The translations under genes and the position numbers were made by a program. Source: Octopus bimaculoides (taxonomy: Eukaryota). From it: 64,000 nucleotides of DNA. The DNA is taken from the NCBI RefSeq assembly GCF_001194135.2, contig NC_068995.1, forward strand, positions 32,559,495 through 32,623,494, given 5' to 3'. How positions within the stretch are numbered: the first letter of the stretch is position 1; every line of letters starts with the position of its first letter. Shown piece after piece: positions 12,578-25,073 of this stretch. The notes beneath the pieces are model-generated. The model saw only the letters and a program-made list of their open reading frames with translations, made no database searches and was not told the DNA's origin.

Positions 12578-13455
12578 GTTTATATGACAGAACAGAATTC
12601 ACACTGAACTGAAATTAAACCCTATGTAAGACTTGTTTACTTTTCAAGACAAAAGCCATCTCTCACCTGTGTAACACCATGATTACGGAGATGTATTTCT
12701 GCAAACAACATTTTTTTAGGTACTAACAATCTCTGATAAAGAAAATAGCAGAAACCATTTTGAAAAACAAAATGTACAGGTGAATTGGCTGGATGAATAA
12801 AATATAGGATTACCATGTTTACAATTTAAATTTACTGCAAAATTAATGAAATTAGTAAGAATTACTATAATTGGTGATGGTTATATTTTTGTCAATTGAA
12901 CACACACTATATAATTGGTCTTCACTTCAGCTTTATTAGTATTCTTATTTTAGTGTCTTTAGCCAGAAATCTTTTGTTACACATCCTGTAGCCTCTTCAA
13001 TGATTCTCCATCTCACGTCCCCTCCTATTCTGTTTAGTCCATTATGTCTTTCTGCAGTATGTATTCTTATCTACACATGCATTTGCATCTGTATTTGTGT
13101 GTGCATGTGCATGTGTGTGTGTGCACACATGCACGTCTATGTGTTTAGTACATGTATTTTTTGTGTGCGTGTATATGGGCTTGCTTACAATACTGTTTGT
13201 ATCCATGTCTTTTATTTAGTTTCTTTTTTCTATTACTCATTGAATTATTTTATTTCCTTCAGTCTGCCTTTAGTATGTGTATTTTATGTGTTATACGAGT
13301 TTGTGTATTATGCTTTTTGTATCTGTGACTTTTTTTTCATTTTTTCCACTTTGTCTTTTTTTTCTACTCAACTTTTTGGGGAAGCAACAACAGGAATGTG
13401 TTATTATTAAGATGTAAGAAGTCATAGAAGTTAAGTCAAAAGCAACAATACTTAC

Positions 13456-13551
13456 ATCCCCTGATAACTTAGAACGATTTTCCTTAGATCTCCAGAATGA
13501 TTTAGCTGCCCATATTGAGTACACCATGCCAGGACGGATAAAGCCACCAGC
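13456..13551 (-). CDS. NBAS: NBAS exon w25 (96 nt, phase 0-0)
   Basis: acttcag|GCT...GAT|gtaagt; AGGFIRPGMVYSIWAAKSFWRSKENRSKLSGD ~ human SLYTIWLQKLFW. Confidence 0.9.
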
Positions 13552-14698
13552 CTGAAGTAAAGAAGAAAAGCGGAATTACAAACTCTTTTCCAATAAACAC
13601 ACAACTCGCTCTCCAAAAATACAGACATAGTACTAATAACTTTAATTAGTAAACAACATGGTCTTTACTGTGAAATATATAGTATGTTTTCTACAACAAA
13701 TTGTAAAGTCTTTATGCTGCACATACAAAACAAAACAAAAATATGCAGTCATGGTCTTTGTTAAAATAGAAGTTAATGCAACTTATGAGCGCAGCTGATA
13801 AGGGTTACACCATCATCATCATTTAACATCCATATACCATGTTGGCATTGGTTGGACAGTTTGACAGGATTTAATAGGCTGAAGGATGAGAGGGAAGACA
13901 GCTTTATGCAAGGAGATGAGGGTTACAGTATGGAGGAAGGTGGTGGGACAGAGCAGGCTATTGTTGAAGGTGCTACATGGCTACTCTCATTTAAGGGAGA
14001 GAGTGACAAAGGATTAGTCATAGCTGCAAGGAGGTAAATATTCAAGATAAGGTCTCAAGGTGACCTCTCAAAGTACAAGGTAAGTAGAAGTAGGTAAAGA
14101 CAGAGAAACTAGGTGTGTGAGAGAATTGGGTATTGCAGGAATGTATGGGAAGGGAGCAAGAGATAGAGGAATTGGAGAGAAGAGGTGGAGGCAGACAACA
14201 GCTGTAAAGGGACAATGTAGAGAATGATAGATATGGGCTGGGGGGGATGGCCATAGGTGCAGGAGTTAGAGAACACAGAGGGATGCAAGAAGCAGAAGGG
14301 AGCAACAAGAGAGTAGTAATGATGATATAGTTGACATGGGAAGGAAAAGAGTGAGAGATACATGGTTGGATAGGCCATAGGAGAGCAAAGAGGGAGAGAG
14401 AGAGAGGGAGAGAAAGGTGTGGTATTTCTAATATGCTAATGTTAACTATTTCTAATATTTCTTTGTACATACATCATTTATATTTCATCTAAGCTATAAC
14501 ATTTGTTGTTATACTTGAGAAAGACTAGAGGGTCCCTATCTTTGGAAGGCAATATCACATCAAATTTTGAAACTGTAAATTTATTAAACTCTAATTGTTG
14601 AAGGATTCATGCACCACTTTAACAAATTTTTACTCACAAAACAAAAGACAAAATAAAGAAAGATGGAAAAGGGAAGTTAAGATGTATCTAAAACAAAC

Positions 14699-14817
14699 CT
14701 TGCATGGTATTCTGGAAGATAGTTTTGCAATTGTGTTCACATTGTCTTTGCTGAGGATTGGTTGGATTACAGTCACAAGAGGATCTTCACTGGTCATAAG
14801 AAGTTTATAATCTAAAC
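14699..14817 (-). CDS. NBAS: NBAS exon w24 (119 nt, phase 1-0)
   Basis: tttgtag|GT...AAG|gtttgt; (G)LDYKLLMTSEDPLVTVIQPILSKDNVNTIAKLSSRIPCK. Confidence 0.92.
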
Positions 14818-15660
14818 CTACAAATATATGTGCTTATTAAATAATAAAACTACAAACTTCACAATTTCAAATATATATATTAAGCATTATCAACCATACA
14901 TACTTAACATATATGCTTTGCATGTTTGTCAGTACATTAAGTATGTGTGGTCGATAATGTTTATTACACTAGCGCTGCTTCTATTTCATATTTGAATACA
15001 TATTAAGCTTCTTCGGGTTTTTTTTAATAACGGATCTCAAGGCTCTCATACAGTTATAAATAATAGCATGTAAATATTGGGTTGAAAAAACCTTTTGAAA
15101 CGAAAAAGTCAAAGACTGCCTGTGGGGGACTTGTACCCACATCTCCTGTAGATATGACAGGTATTTTACCATTGTATCACATCTACAGGAGATGTGGGTT
15201 CAAGTCATATGGGCAGCCTTAAAGGTTTTCTATACAAAAGGTTTTTTCAATCCAATAAGAAGCAGTGATCTCAACAAAGATGCCACCATCTTAAACATGA
15301 AGATGCACCAATCGTTTTTAGAGAAACAACAGTTAGTGCTTAAATTTTTATTCAATATCTATAGCAGAGTTAAAGTGGTGAGCTAGCAGAAGCGTTAGCA
15401 TGGCAAGCAATATGCTTAGTGGCATTTTGTCCGTCTTTATGTTCAGGGTTCAAACTCTGTTGAGGTCAACTTTGCCTTTCATCCTTTTGGGGTTGATAAA
15501 ATAAGTATCAGTTGAACACTGGGGTTTATTTAATGGACTTACCCCACTGCCCCCAAAACTGCTGGCCATGTACCAAAATTTGAAACCAATATCTATGGTA
15601 GGGTAAGGACAGTGGATATACAGAATCATTAAAGCAATAAAAAAGTAACATGGTATAGAG

Positions 15661-15915
15661 CAGTGCTTCTCAACCATTTTATACCTGTGGACCCCTTTGA
15701 TTCCTATTTCACCCAGATGGACCCCCACAGCATTTCAATGTTTAAAAAATCATATTTTATTGTTAAATATTATTAGGAATTGCATAACAAAATTGTTAAA
15801 ATATTTTGTGAATTGTAGAAGTATAACCAATTTATTGCAGATAAATTTTAACAATGGATCTCTGAGGATCATACAGACCCCCAATGGCCATATGGACCCA
15901 AGTTGAGAACCACTG
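15661..15915. mobile_element. hAT-type MITE
   Basis: TIRs CAGTGCTTCTCAAC / GTTGAGAACCACTG; flanks GTATAGAG / GTTTAGCA (degenerate 8-bp TSD). Confidence 0.75.
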
Positions 15916-16397
15916 GTTTAGCAGTTAGGGTATTGCACTCATGGTTGTAAGATTGGGGTTTTGATTTCTGGATCAGGCAAAGTGGTCTTGACCAAAAATC
16001 CTTCATTTTGCATTGTTTTAGTCCACTCCACTGACAAAAATGAGTAACTCTGAGACAAACAGGTATTCCGTCCAAGAGAAAATATATATGCTACAGAATC
16101 CAAGGAAACAGCCTTATGAGCCTCTTTTTTAGTACTTCTTTACATTCCTTTATGTTCTGAGTTCAAATCCTACTGGAGGTGGGGGTTTACTTTGCCCTTC
16201 ATACTTCTGGGGTAGATAAAATAAGTACAAGTCAAATACTGGTTTAAATATAATCAGTTATGTCTCCATCAATTAGTAGTGTTGGGCCTATATTAAACAT
16301 TAATATCTATGGTTGGATATTAATTCCTACTTTTAGATCTGTTGTATCAAAAGTTCACTGCTGTACATTCTAAATGAATAAAAAAAATACATCATAC

Positions 16398-16648
16398 CTG
16401 CAGCAACAGGACGCAATTTCTTAAGCAGATTTACATGAATGGATGGTTTAAGATCTTCACCCCACCAGTGTTCAGTTTCATTTTTACTAAGTAATGAATA
16501 GTAATAGGTAAGCCGTGAATGGTCTTGGCCGTCAATGAAAGGATAGACATAGTCCTGCATACGCTGAATAAACTGCTCGTAATTTTCAAGCAAGGTAGGC
16601 ATCAAAGAGGCACTTTCAACCCGTTTCATTAAGGTATTTGTATTAAGT
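16398..16648 (-). CDS. NBAS: NBAS exon w23 (251 nt, phase 2-1)
   Basis: ttttcag|A...GCAG|gtatga; LNTNTLMKRVES...YVYPFIDGQDHSRLTYYYSLL...HVNLLKKLRPVAA. Confidence 0.95.
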
Positions 16649-17697
16649 CTGAAAAATAAAAATTAAAATTAAATTTTTTGAAGTCTAAGACTGAGTGAAG
16701 AATCTTAAGATTTAAGTATTAAGTCTCAGAGCAAGCCTTAAGATCAGAAAGAAGGGATACAAAACATTATCTGCATTAGGAAAATGACCTTGCTCAGTAT
16801 CTAAGAAAGAACTTGGCTAATATCTCTTCTTTTGGTTGCATTACTTATTGATTTTTTTCTGTCGAGTTGACTTATCAATTAGACTACTTTGATAAAGTCA
16901 CTTCTGCAAAAATGTTTTAATATTTATAAGCTAGGTTTCGAAATAAATGCGAATATTTGATAATATTTAACAAATATTAGTCATATTTACGCTAAAAAAG
17001 GGTCATGTAATTCTCCAGATAATAGCGCAACCTATCTGCAAATCAAAATACCTACTTTGACAACTTTGTGCAAAAATTTGAAGCCAATTATTATATCATC
17101 ATCATCATTATTATTATTATTTAACGTCTGTTTTCAATGCTAGCATAAGTTGGGCTGTTTGACAGGAACCAGGGAGCCCCAAGACCTTGTCAGGGGCTAC
17201 TGTTAGCTTTGACATAGTTTCTATGGCTAGATGCCCTTCCTAACACCAAATACATTGTAGCATATTACACAGAGACTATTTTAGCAGACTGGGAAAAACA
17301 AAAGAAAATATATAAAAATTTATCATATTATAGGCACAGGCATAGCTGTGTGATAAAAAGATTGCTTCCAAACCACATGGCACTTGGTTCAGTCTCACAG
17401 CAAGGCACTGGGGCAAGTGTCTTCTAGTTTAGCATTGAGCTGACCAAAGCCTTGGGAGTGAATTTGGTAAATGGAAATTGAAAAAAAGCTCAGTGTGTGT
17501 ATCTGTGTTTTGTGCCCCACCACCACTTAACAATTATAGTTGGCTTGTTTACATTCCCATAACTTAGTGGTTCGACATAAGAGACCAATAGAATAAGTAC
17601 TGGGGTCAATTCATTTGACTAAAAAATTCTTCAAGGCAGAGTCCCAGCACAGCTGCAGTATAATGACAGAAACAAATCAAAGACAAAAGACACTTAC

Positions 17698-17808
17698 CCA
17701 CTCTCACAAAAGAGGAACTCCAAGTGTGTCATGTAAACTTCCCACTGTGATAGATTGTAGCGTTCTGCTAGAGATATTGCAATAGTGAAGACATCAGCTT
17801 CAGTTGTC
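17698..17808 (-). CDS. NBAS: NBAS exon w22 (111 nt, phase 2-2)
   Basis: ttttcag|G...AGTGG|gtaagt; TTEADVFTIAISLAERYNLSQWEVYMTHLEFLFCES(G). Confidence 0.95.
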
Positions 17809-17980
17809 CTGAAAAAAAAATATCATTGCTATTGAAATACCCAAAAATGCTTCGTATACTCTGATAATGTACGACAAACCTGTAGTCATTAGCTTTAAAA
17901 AAAATAATAATTGAAGTTGATTATCTTATCTTTCAGAAACCTACAATTGTTTTTTATTTATACTTTCTCTTTCCTTTCTA

Positions 17981-18005
17981 CTGAAGAGCATAGACTCGAA
18001 ACGTA
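17981..18005 (+). ncRNA. candidate minimal hammerhead-ribozyme core (Penelope-like element type), probably decayed
   Basis: CTGAAGAG-CATAGA-CTCGAAACGTA contains CUGANGA, GAAA and a palindromic ACGU followed by A; helix I pairing is poor. Confidence 0.45.
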
Positions 18006-18095
18006 AAAAACTTTTTCACTTTCCAGAGTGCCAAACAACTACACCTGCTTGTTGTTCATACACCTGTATTCATCTTTTGTTTTTCTGTAAATTTC

Positions 18096-18131
<36 letters not shown>

Positions 18132-18299
18132 NNNNNNNNNNNNNNNNNNNNNNNNNNNNNNNNNNNNNNNNNNNNNNNNNNNNNNNNNNNNNNNNNNNNN
18201 NNNNNNNNNNNNNNNNNNNNNNNNNNNNNNNNNNNNNNNNNNNNNNNNNNNNNNNNNNNNNNNNNNNNNNNNNNNNNNNNNNNNNNNNNNNTTACTATT

Positions 18300-18870
18300 A
18301 AAGCGGTGAACTGGCAGAATCGTTAGCACACTGGATGTAATGCTAAGTGGTATTTCACCCATCACTACGTTTCGAGTTCAAATTCCGCCAAGGTCAACTT
18401 TGCCTTTCATCCTTTCAGGGTTGTTAATAAATACCAGTGAAATACTGGGGTCTATGTAATCAACTAGTCTTCCCACCAAAATTTCAGGATTATTATTATT
18501 ATTATTATTAACATGGTGAGCTGGCAGAATCATTAGAACTCCAGGCAAAAGGCTTAACAACATTTCATCCAGCTTCAATCAACTCATCTCCTCCCCCAAA
18601 ATTGCCGCCCTTGTGGCAAAATTTTAAACCATTATTATTATTATTATTATTATGAAGGCAGTGAGTTGTCAGCATCGTTAGCACACCGAGTGAAATGCTT
18701 AGCAGTATTTTGCCTGTCTCTACGTTCTGAGTTCAATTTCCACCAAGGTCAACTTTGCCTTTCATCCTTTCGGGGTCAATGAAATCAGTACCAGATGAGA
18801 GTCAATGTAATCGATTAGTCCTCCTCCCCCAAATTTCAGGCCTTGTGCCTTTAGTAGAAAGGATTATTAT
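18300..18870 (+). mobile_element. three tandem copies of SINE family C separated by (ATT)n (other copies ~8985-9210, 15375-15590, 29665-29880, 34260-34400, 51470-51670 -, 56290-56470)
   Basis: GGTGAGCTGGCAGAATC.TTAG head, GAGTTCAAATTCC B-box-like, CTTTGCCTTTCATCCTTT, AAGTACCAGT motifs. Confidence 0.75.
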
Positions 18871-19935
18871 AATTATTCATTTTGTTCATCATGTACAAGT
18901 ACGTGTGTATTCATCATTAATTAATTAATTTTACTTTATTCAATTCAAGAAAAATTGAAGCATGTCTTGGACAATTCCAGGGCATTTTGTGCATGACTTT
19001 TGGCTCACCTAGTATATAAACTGTAAAAAAAAATGTACATAATTAAAATATGAAGATAATTTAAGGTGAATAGCAAAATATTTAAGTGCAAAGTAGATGG
19101 GGAAGGGATACTAAGAGCTAAATTGTAACACCAAAAGTTCTTTAAGCATAAAAAACAGAATTAAAATATAATAGTCATCATCATCATCAGCATCATCATT
19201 TAACTTCCATCTTCAATGATGGCATGGATTAGACAGTTTGACAGGAGTAGGCCCAGCAGAAGACTGCACCAGGTTGCTTTGGCATCTGTTTTGGCACAGT
19301 TTTTACAGCTGGATGCCCTTCCTAACACCAGCCACCCAACAGAGTGGACTGAGAGCTTTTTATGTGGCACCAGCACAGGTGAGATCAGTTTTGGCATGGC
19401 TTTTACAGCTGTATTCCCTTCCAAACACCAACCACTTTACAGTGTGGACTGAATGCTCTTTACATGGCACCAACACTGGCAGGATTACCAATCAAAATAA
19501 ACACAATGTCTGAAAATGTGTTTTATGTTCGATCCAACCAAATCTGGCCTCTCATTCTAAAAGTAAACAATCAGAATGCTAAAGGGTTAATGTCAACAAG
19601 TGCTAGAAGTACCTTTGACCTTGGGTGCTGAGATCCCTTACTACATTACTACATGTATTAGTTATTATTGATGTTATAGACCTGGAGGGGTTAACTCTAT
19701 TGATAACATAATTTACAGTTAAAATATTTAGATATAATTGACATTTTGGAGCTGCCATCATTTGTGGTCTTAATATCATTGGCCTGCTTTTCTTTAAATT
19801 AATCCTTTAATATTAGGGTAAAAGGCCAACCAACAGATTTTAGGAACAACCAAGATAATAAAAGTGCTTCCAATAAAACTACAAAAAAATAGGGCTGCAA
19901 TAATTGGAGAAAGAAAAGCAAAAGTAATAACTCAC

Positions 19936-20002
19936 ATAGCTAATCCCAGAATAGTTTCATGTTTGTATGCATTGTCCTCTGTGAATCTTTGGATGTCAAC
20001 AC
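19936..20002 (-). CDS. NBAS: NBAS exon w21 (67 nt, phase 1-2)
   Basis: tgtgcag|GT...GCTAT|gtgagt; (G)VDIQRFTEDNAYKHETILGLA(M) ~ human GVDVQRFTADDQYKRETILGLA. Confidence 0.95.
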
Positions 20003-20982
20003 CTGCACAATAATAGTTATTAAATAAATATCAAAGTGCTTCATTCATTCAAGAAGAAAAAAAATTGTTTGCTCTGTTATTGACACTATCATGCCATGCG
20101 AAATGACCAGCAACTAAGCTGAGAAATTTCTCAAGTTTTTAATCACTCATCATTCATTCATTTAACTTATAATACTTATAATACTAACTTATAATACGAA
20201 CATGCTAACATACTTGAGTTAAAGTAACATTAATAGCTTTCGTAATTTGTTAATTTCTCAATTAATTTCAAATCCTATCTCTTTAAATACTTGCCATAAT
20301 TTTCATATGTTCCCAACTATCATGACTTCTAATTCTTTAAATCCTTGCAACATTATCCCTCTCCCTGTTTCACCTTGTATTATGACTTGTGTCTCCAGCA
20401 CTTTGTCATGATTTCCCCCAGTGATAAAGTCTCTCAAGTCTCTCCCTCTCTGTCTGTCTGTCTGCCTGCTTCACTATTGTCTTACTACTATTTCCATTTC
20501 TTGTGACAAAGCTGGTCATTGCTTGTTCACGGTGCGCCCATCCATTCCCACCCCTACCACCTATACTGGAAATCTCTTACACCAAAAACCCAATAGGGCT
20601 CTGCCTCACTTCTGTACCAGAAGACCTGCATACCTCCATCCCTCCCCACCTCCAACAATCATCTACACTATTACATGCACCAAAAGGAAATGTGTTACTT
20701 AGTAAATTAACAGACTACCAACCTCTTTCCCTCTCTATATATAATGGGACTAACCAATAGCAGCTCATTTACTTACTTACTTAATTTAAACATTGCCATA
20801 TTTATATTTGCAGCAGTAACGCTTATATTTAATGCTTATAACACTTATACTTACAATGCTTACATTACACTCATCTCCAATAGGGACAACAATTTTAACA
20901 TCTTTGAATGAGCAGAGGTTAAATCGAAAACAACTGTTGTGACATATCTGTTATCAAACAATAACTGAAACCTTCTTTTCAG

Positions 20983-22828
20983 GTGCTAAATACCATCACT
21001 CTCACCCATGTCCCTTTCCCAGTTCTCAGGGTTAGCATTGTCTACGTAAGCACAATGAAAGATAGGCCAAGCGAGATTGTTGAGATGCTTGAATGGAAGC
21101 ATGTTGATGTATGTTGTATCCAAGAGGTAAGGTGGAGAGGAGCTTCAGCCAGGTTCCTCAGAGGCAAGACACATAGGTAAAAAATCTTCTGGGAAGGTAA
21201 CTGTGATGGGGTAGGCAGTGTGGGCATACTTCTTGCAGAGAAATGGGTAGATAAGGTAAAGAGTTAGAGTGTGTGATAGAATGTTTAAGCTCAGGATAAT
21301 CTTACAGAATAGCATAGCAACAACTATCTCTGTCTATGCTCCACAAGTGGGCCTACCAAATGGACAGAAGGACCACTTTTATAATATTCTTTTGCAGGCT
21401 ACTCCAAAGACAAGTGACAATAATCTCATCTTCGTGGCTGGGGATTTCAATGGGCATGTCGGATGGCAGCCTGGTATCTTCCATGGAGACCATGGAATTG
21501 GTTCCCAAAACAAAGACAGAACAAGACTACTGGAGCTTTGTGATGCAAATAACCTATTTGAGCTGCAACAACAACTTCAGGAAGCTAGCCAACCACCTGA
21601 TAACCTATCAATCCGGTAACTGTGCCAGTCAGATTGATTACATTCTCACCAGACAGCGGGATGTTTGGTTGCTCTTAAATACAAAGACCTTTCCGGATGA
21701 AGAATGTACCCCACCCCCAGCATACACTAGTCATTTGTGACTTTAGACCCCAGGCCTGAAGGAAGCCGAGAAGTAGACCAATCTGGAAAAGAAGGATTTG
21801 GGAGCTTAAAGACCCTTCATATCGACAGAGATCAAGGGACATCCTACTTGAGAAATTTGGTGAGAGGGAGGAGGAGCTACAGATATGTGACATAGAGGGC
21901 AACTGGGAATTGCTGCGGGACAGCTTGCTGAGTGCCACAGACCAAATCTGTGGCTGGTGTAAAATCTCTTCCGGACCTAGGGTAATGTGTTGGTGGAACA
22001 ATGTTGTAGACAGAGCCATTAGCACAAAGAAATAGGCCTGGAAGAGTGGGAGGAGCAGGGAACTGTACCAGATAGCCAGAAGGGAAGCTAAGAGACAGGT
22101 GCATCTAGCCAAAGGAGAAGCAGAAGAGAAGAAGTTTGCCTATGTTCAGTGATGTGAGGACCAAAGAACTGAAGTGTTTTGGATTGCAAGACAGTGTCTG
22201 AGAGAAAATTGTGATGTCATAGGAGACAAATGTGTCCACATGGATGATGGTGCACTTGCATTTAATAATTCTGCAAAGAAAGAGGCTTGGAAATGTCGTT
22301 GTGAAAAACTGCTGAACGTGGAGAATGAATAGGAGGAGGAAAGTCTACCAAATACTGACCCAATTGAGGGACCAGCTGCCCAAATCGACAGTACCTTGGT
22401 TGATAAAGCAATTAAGGATATGAAGAGAGGGAAAGACCCCTGCCCTTCAGGAATAACCGCTGAGCTGCTTAAAATATCTGGTGATGTAGGTTATGGTCCA
22501 GTCACCCGTATTGTAAATCAGGTGGTTCACGAAGGAGTCATACCCAATGAGGGGTGTAGCAGCACCAAAGTCAACTGCTACAAAAGTAAAGGTGATACCT
22601 TAGATAGAAATAACAGAGGTATCAAATTGTTGGATCAGGTGATGAAAGTTATGGAGAGAGTCATAGCCCAACTAATTAGGAAGAGAGTTAGTCTAGATGA
22701 GATGCACTTTAGTTTTGTGCCAGAGAGAAGCACCACTGATGGTATATTTCTGGTAAGGCAGCTGCAGGAGAAATAGCTAGCCAAAGAAAAGCCTGTTCTT
22801 GGTTTTTGTTGACTTGGAGAAAGCCTTG

Positions 22829-22829
<1 letters not shown>
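20983..22829 (+). mobile_element. RTE-clade LINE relic: AP-endonuclease and N-terminal RT, 3'-truncated
   Basis: VDVCCIQEVRWRG, ISVYAPQ, FVAGDFNGHVG, SQIDYILTR, RGIKLLDQVMKVMERVI, STTDGIF; many stops and frameshifts; ends at the LEKAFD-like motif in a (TA)n(CA)n tract. Confidence 0.9.
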
Positions 22830-22906
<77 letters not shown>

Positions 22907-22969
22907 TCTTTTACTCTTTTATATGTTTCACCCCTGAAGGTGTAGCCATGCTGGAGCACTGCTAGTGTA

Positions 22970-23850
22970 ATTCTTTTGTGTAGATCTGTGGAGTCAAAGA
23001 ATTCATCAGGCATAGCTACTTGCAAGCATCCCAGTGGAGTTGTGAAAGCACTCTTGTATTGCGCATTCAGTATTTCACTGATCCTCTGGGGGTCTGCAGT
23101 CAGTGAGCCATCTTCTTCAAATAGTGGCCCTATTTCGTACCGTTCTAAAGTAAATTCTTTTGCATATCTATATAAATGGGCTGAGAACAACAACATGCAA
23201 TTTGTTGCAGGCAAATTCCAAGCCCTCCCCTACCAGCTAATTGGTGCTCAGAAGTCACAACAATGATATTTTGGGCCAAAAGGAGTGGCAATCCTAGAAT
23301 CACATACAGTGCTTGATCTTGGGATAGATATGAGCAATGATGTCTCATTTCACATGCATGTCACCAAGATGGAGGCAGTGTGCAGGCAAATGGCCAGATG
23401 GATTCTGAGAATCTTCAGAACAAGGGACCAGGAAACTATGCTAGTCCTATGCAGGACATTTGTCCTCAGCCGTCTAGACTACTGCTCTCAACTGTGGTCA
23501 CCTTACAGTGTAAGATTAATACCAGAACTTGAGGCAGTTCAGTGATACTACACAAGGAAGATTGCATCAATGGAATAGCTGAGCTACTGGGAGAGAGTGA
23601 AAGAGCTACGACTCTACTCTCTGCAGTGAAGATCGAAGAGGTATGCAGTGATATATGTGTGGAAGATACTGGAGGGGCTGGCAGCAAACTTTGATACTGA
23701 GAGTTATACCAGACCTTGAATTGGACATCACTGCACTGTTCCAAGAGTCTCAGCTGTCTCATCTAGGGTGAGGACCATGTACTGCAATACCTTGGGAATC
23801 AAAGACCCACAGATATTCAACTCCTTGCCAACATATTTACAACTATCACA
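22970..23850. mobile_element. CR1/Jockey-group LINE fragments in opposite orientations
   Basis: Minus 22970-23140: EIGPLFEEDGSLTADPQRISEILNAQYKSAFT. Plus 23150-23850: YKWAENNNMQF, DLGIDMSNDVSFHMHV, LSRLDYCSQLWSPY...LEAVQ. Boundaries approximate. Confidence 0.8.
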
Positions 23851-24248
23851 TGACGTTATGACAAGGAGATATAGTAAATACACACACTTACACGCACATG
23901 TACAATGGGCTTCTTTCATGTACAATGGGTTTCCATATACCAAATCCACTCACAAGGGTTTGGTTGACCCAGGGTTATAGGAGAAAACAATTTCCCAAGG
24001 TACCATACAGTAGGACTTATCCCAGAACCATTTAGTTAGGAAGCAAACTTCTTAACAACACAGCCACATCTGCACTTAAGTCACTGTAGTTCTTTGAATA
24101 ATCAAAAATACTAAAAGACTGAACATAGATATGAAAATCTGAATATAATCAATAAAGAAAAACTAACATGTTTTCCCCAGTCTGAAATCTTCACCTATTA
24201 CCAGAAATATGGAGCAGTAAAAATAATGAAGAAATAGAAATAACTCAC

Positions 24249-24543
24249 CTCTTCCTAAACCACGAAGAAACCTGGCTTGAGCATGGTCTTTTATTAAGTT
24301 TTTATAGTAGTTGAGTCGCTCTACACATTTTTGAATGTCGGCAGGTAAAGTAGGATTGTGTGACAGGAACTCTTCCACAGTCTGAACAACAACTCTGGGA
24401 GGATGTTTGAATACGTCAGCCATTTGACCGACGATCTGGGGTGACATGTAGTTATATAGTTGGATGGAGTAGTAGTACTTGGCTAGTTGGATGGAAAGTG
24501 TAGTGTTGGGGAGTTGAGAGAAACACTGATCAGCATCTTCTAT
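24249..24543 (-). CDS. NBAS: NBAS exon w20 (295 nt, phase 0-1)
   Basis: cattcag|ATA...AGAG|gtgagt; IEDADQCFSQLPNTTLSIQLAKYYYSIQLY...QARFLRGLGR. Confidence 0.95.
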
Positions 24544-24996
24544 CTGAATGGCAAACATAATTTGATTGAATACACACAGATCAACAATGAAATAAACAAC
24601 AAAACAGAACAAGTACAACAACTAAACCCCTTAAATCATAACTCAACCTTCTTGATATAAAAAATCATTTCATCTTCCACAAATTTCTTACTTGCTCAGT
24701 ATGTGCACTCTCTATTTGGTTACTTGACTTGCTAGAAAAAGCAGCCAAATTTCCTTTAACTCTTTAGCATTTAAACTAGCCATATCCAGCCAAAATATTC
24801 TACCATTTTTATGTGCAGACCAACCAAATCTGACCTCTCATGAATTATAAAATATATATGCATTTTATTAAATCAGATGTCATAAAACTTTAATTCCAGT
24901 GTATTTTTTTCTTTTTTTTTTTTCATATCTTGGGCCAATCAACAGCATCATGGTAAATAAAAAATATTTAAATTGAACTCAATTGAATATACTTAC

Positions 24997-25073
24997 ATTA
25001 GGTAAGGCAAGAAGATAAGCAAGACCCAATGAGAAGTCAGTAGTAATAGTAGCACCAGCAAGTTTCAAAAGCA
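24997..25073 (-). CDS. NBAS: NBAS exon w19 (77 nt, phase 1-0)
   Basis: tttctag|TG...AAT|gtaagt; (V)LLKLAGATITTDFSLGLAYLLALPN. Confidence 0.93.
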
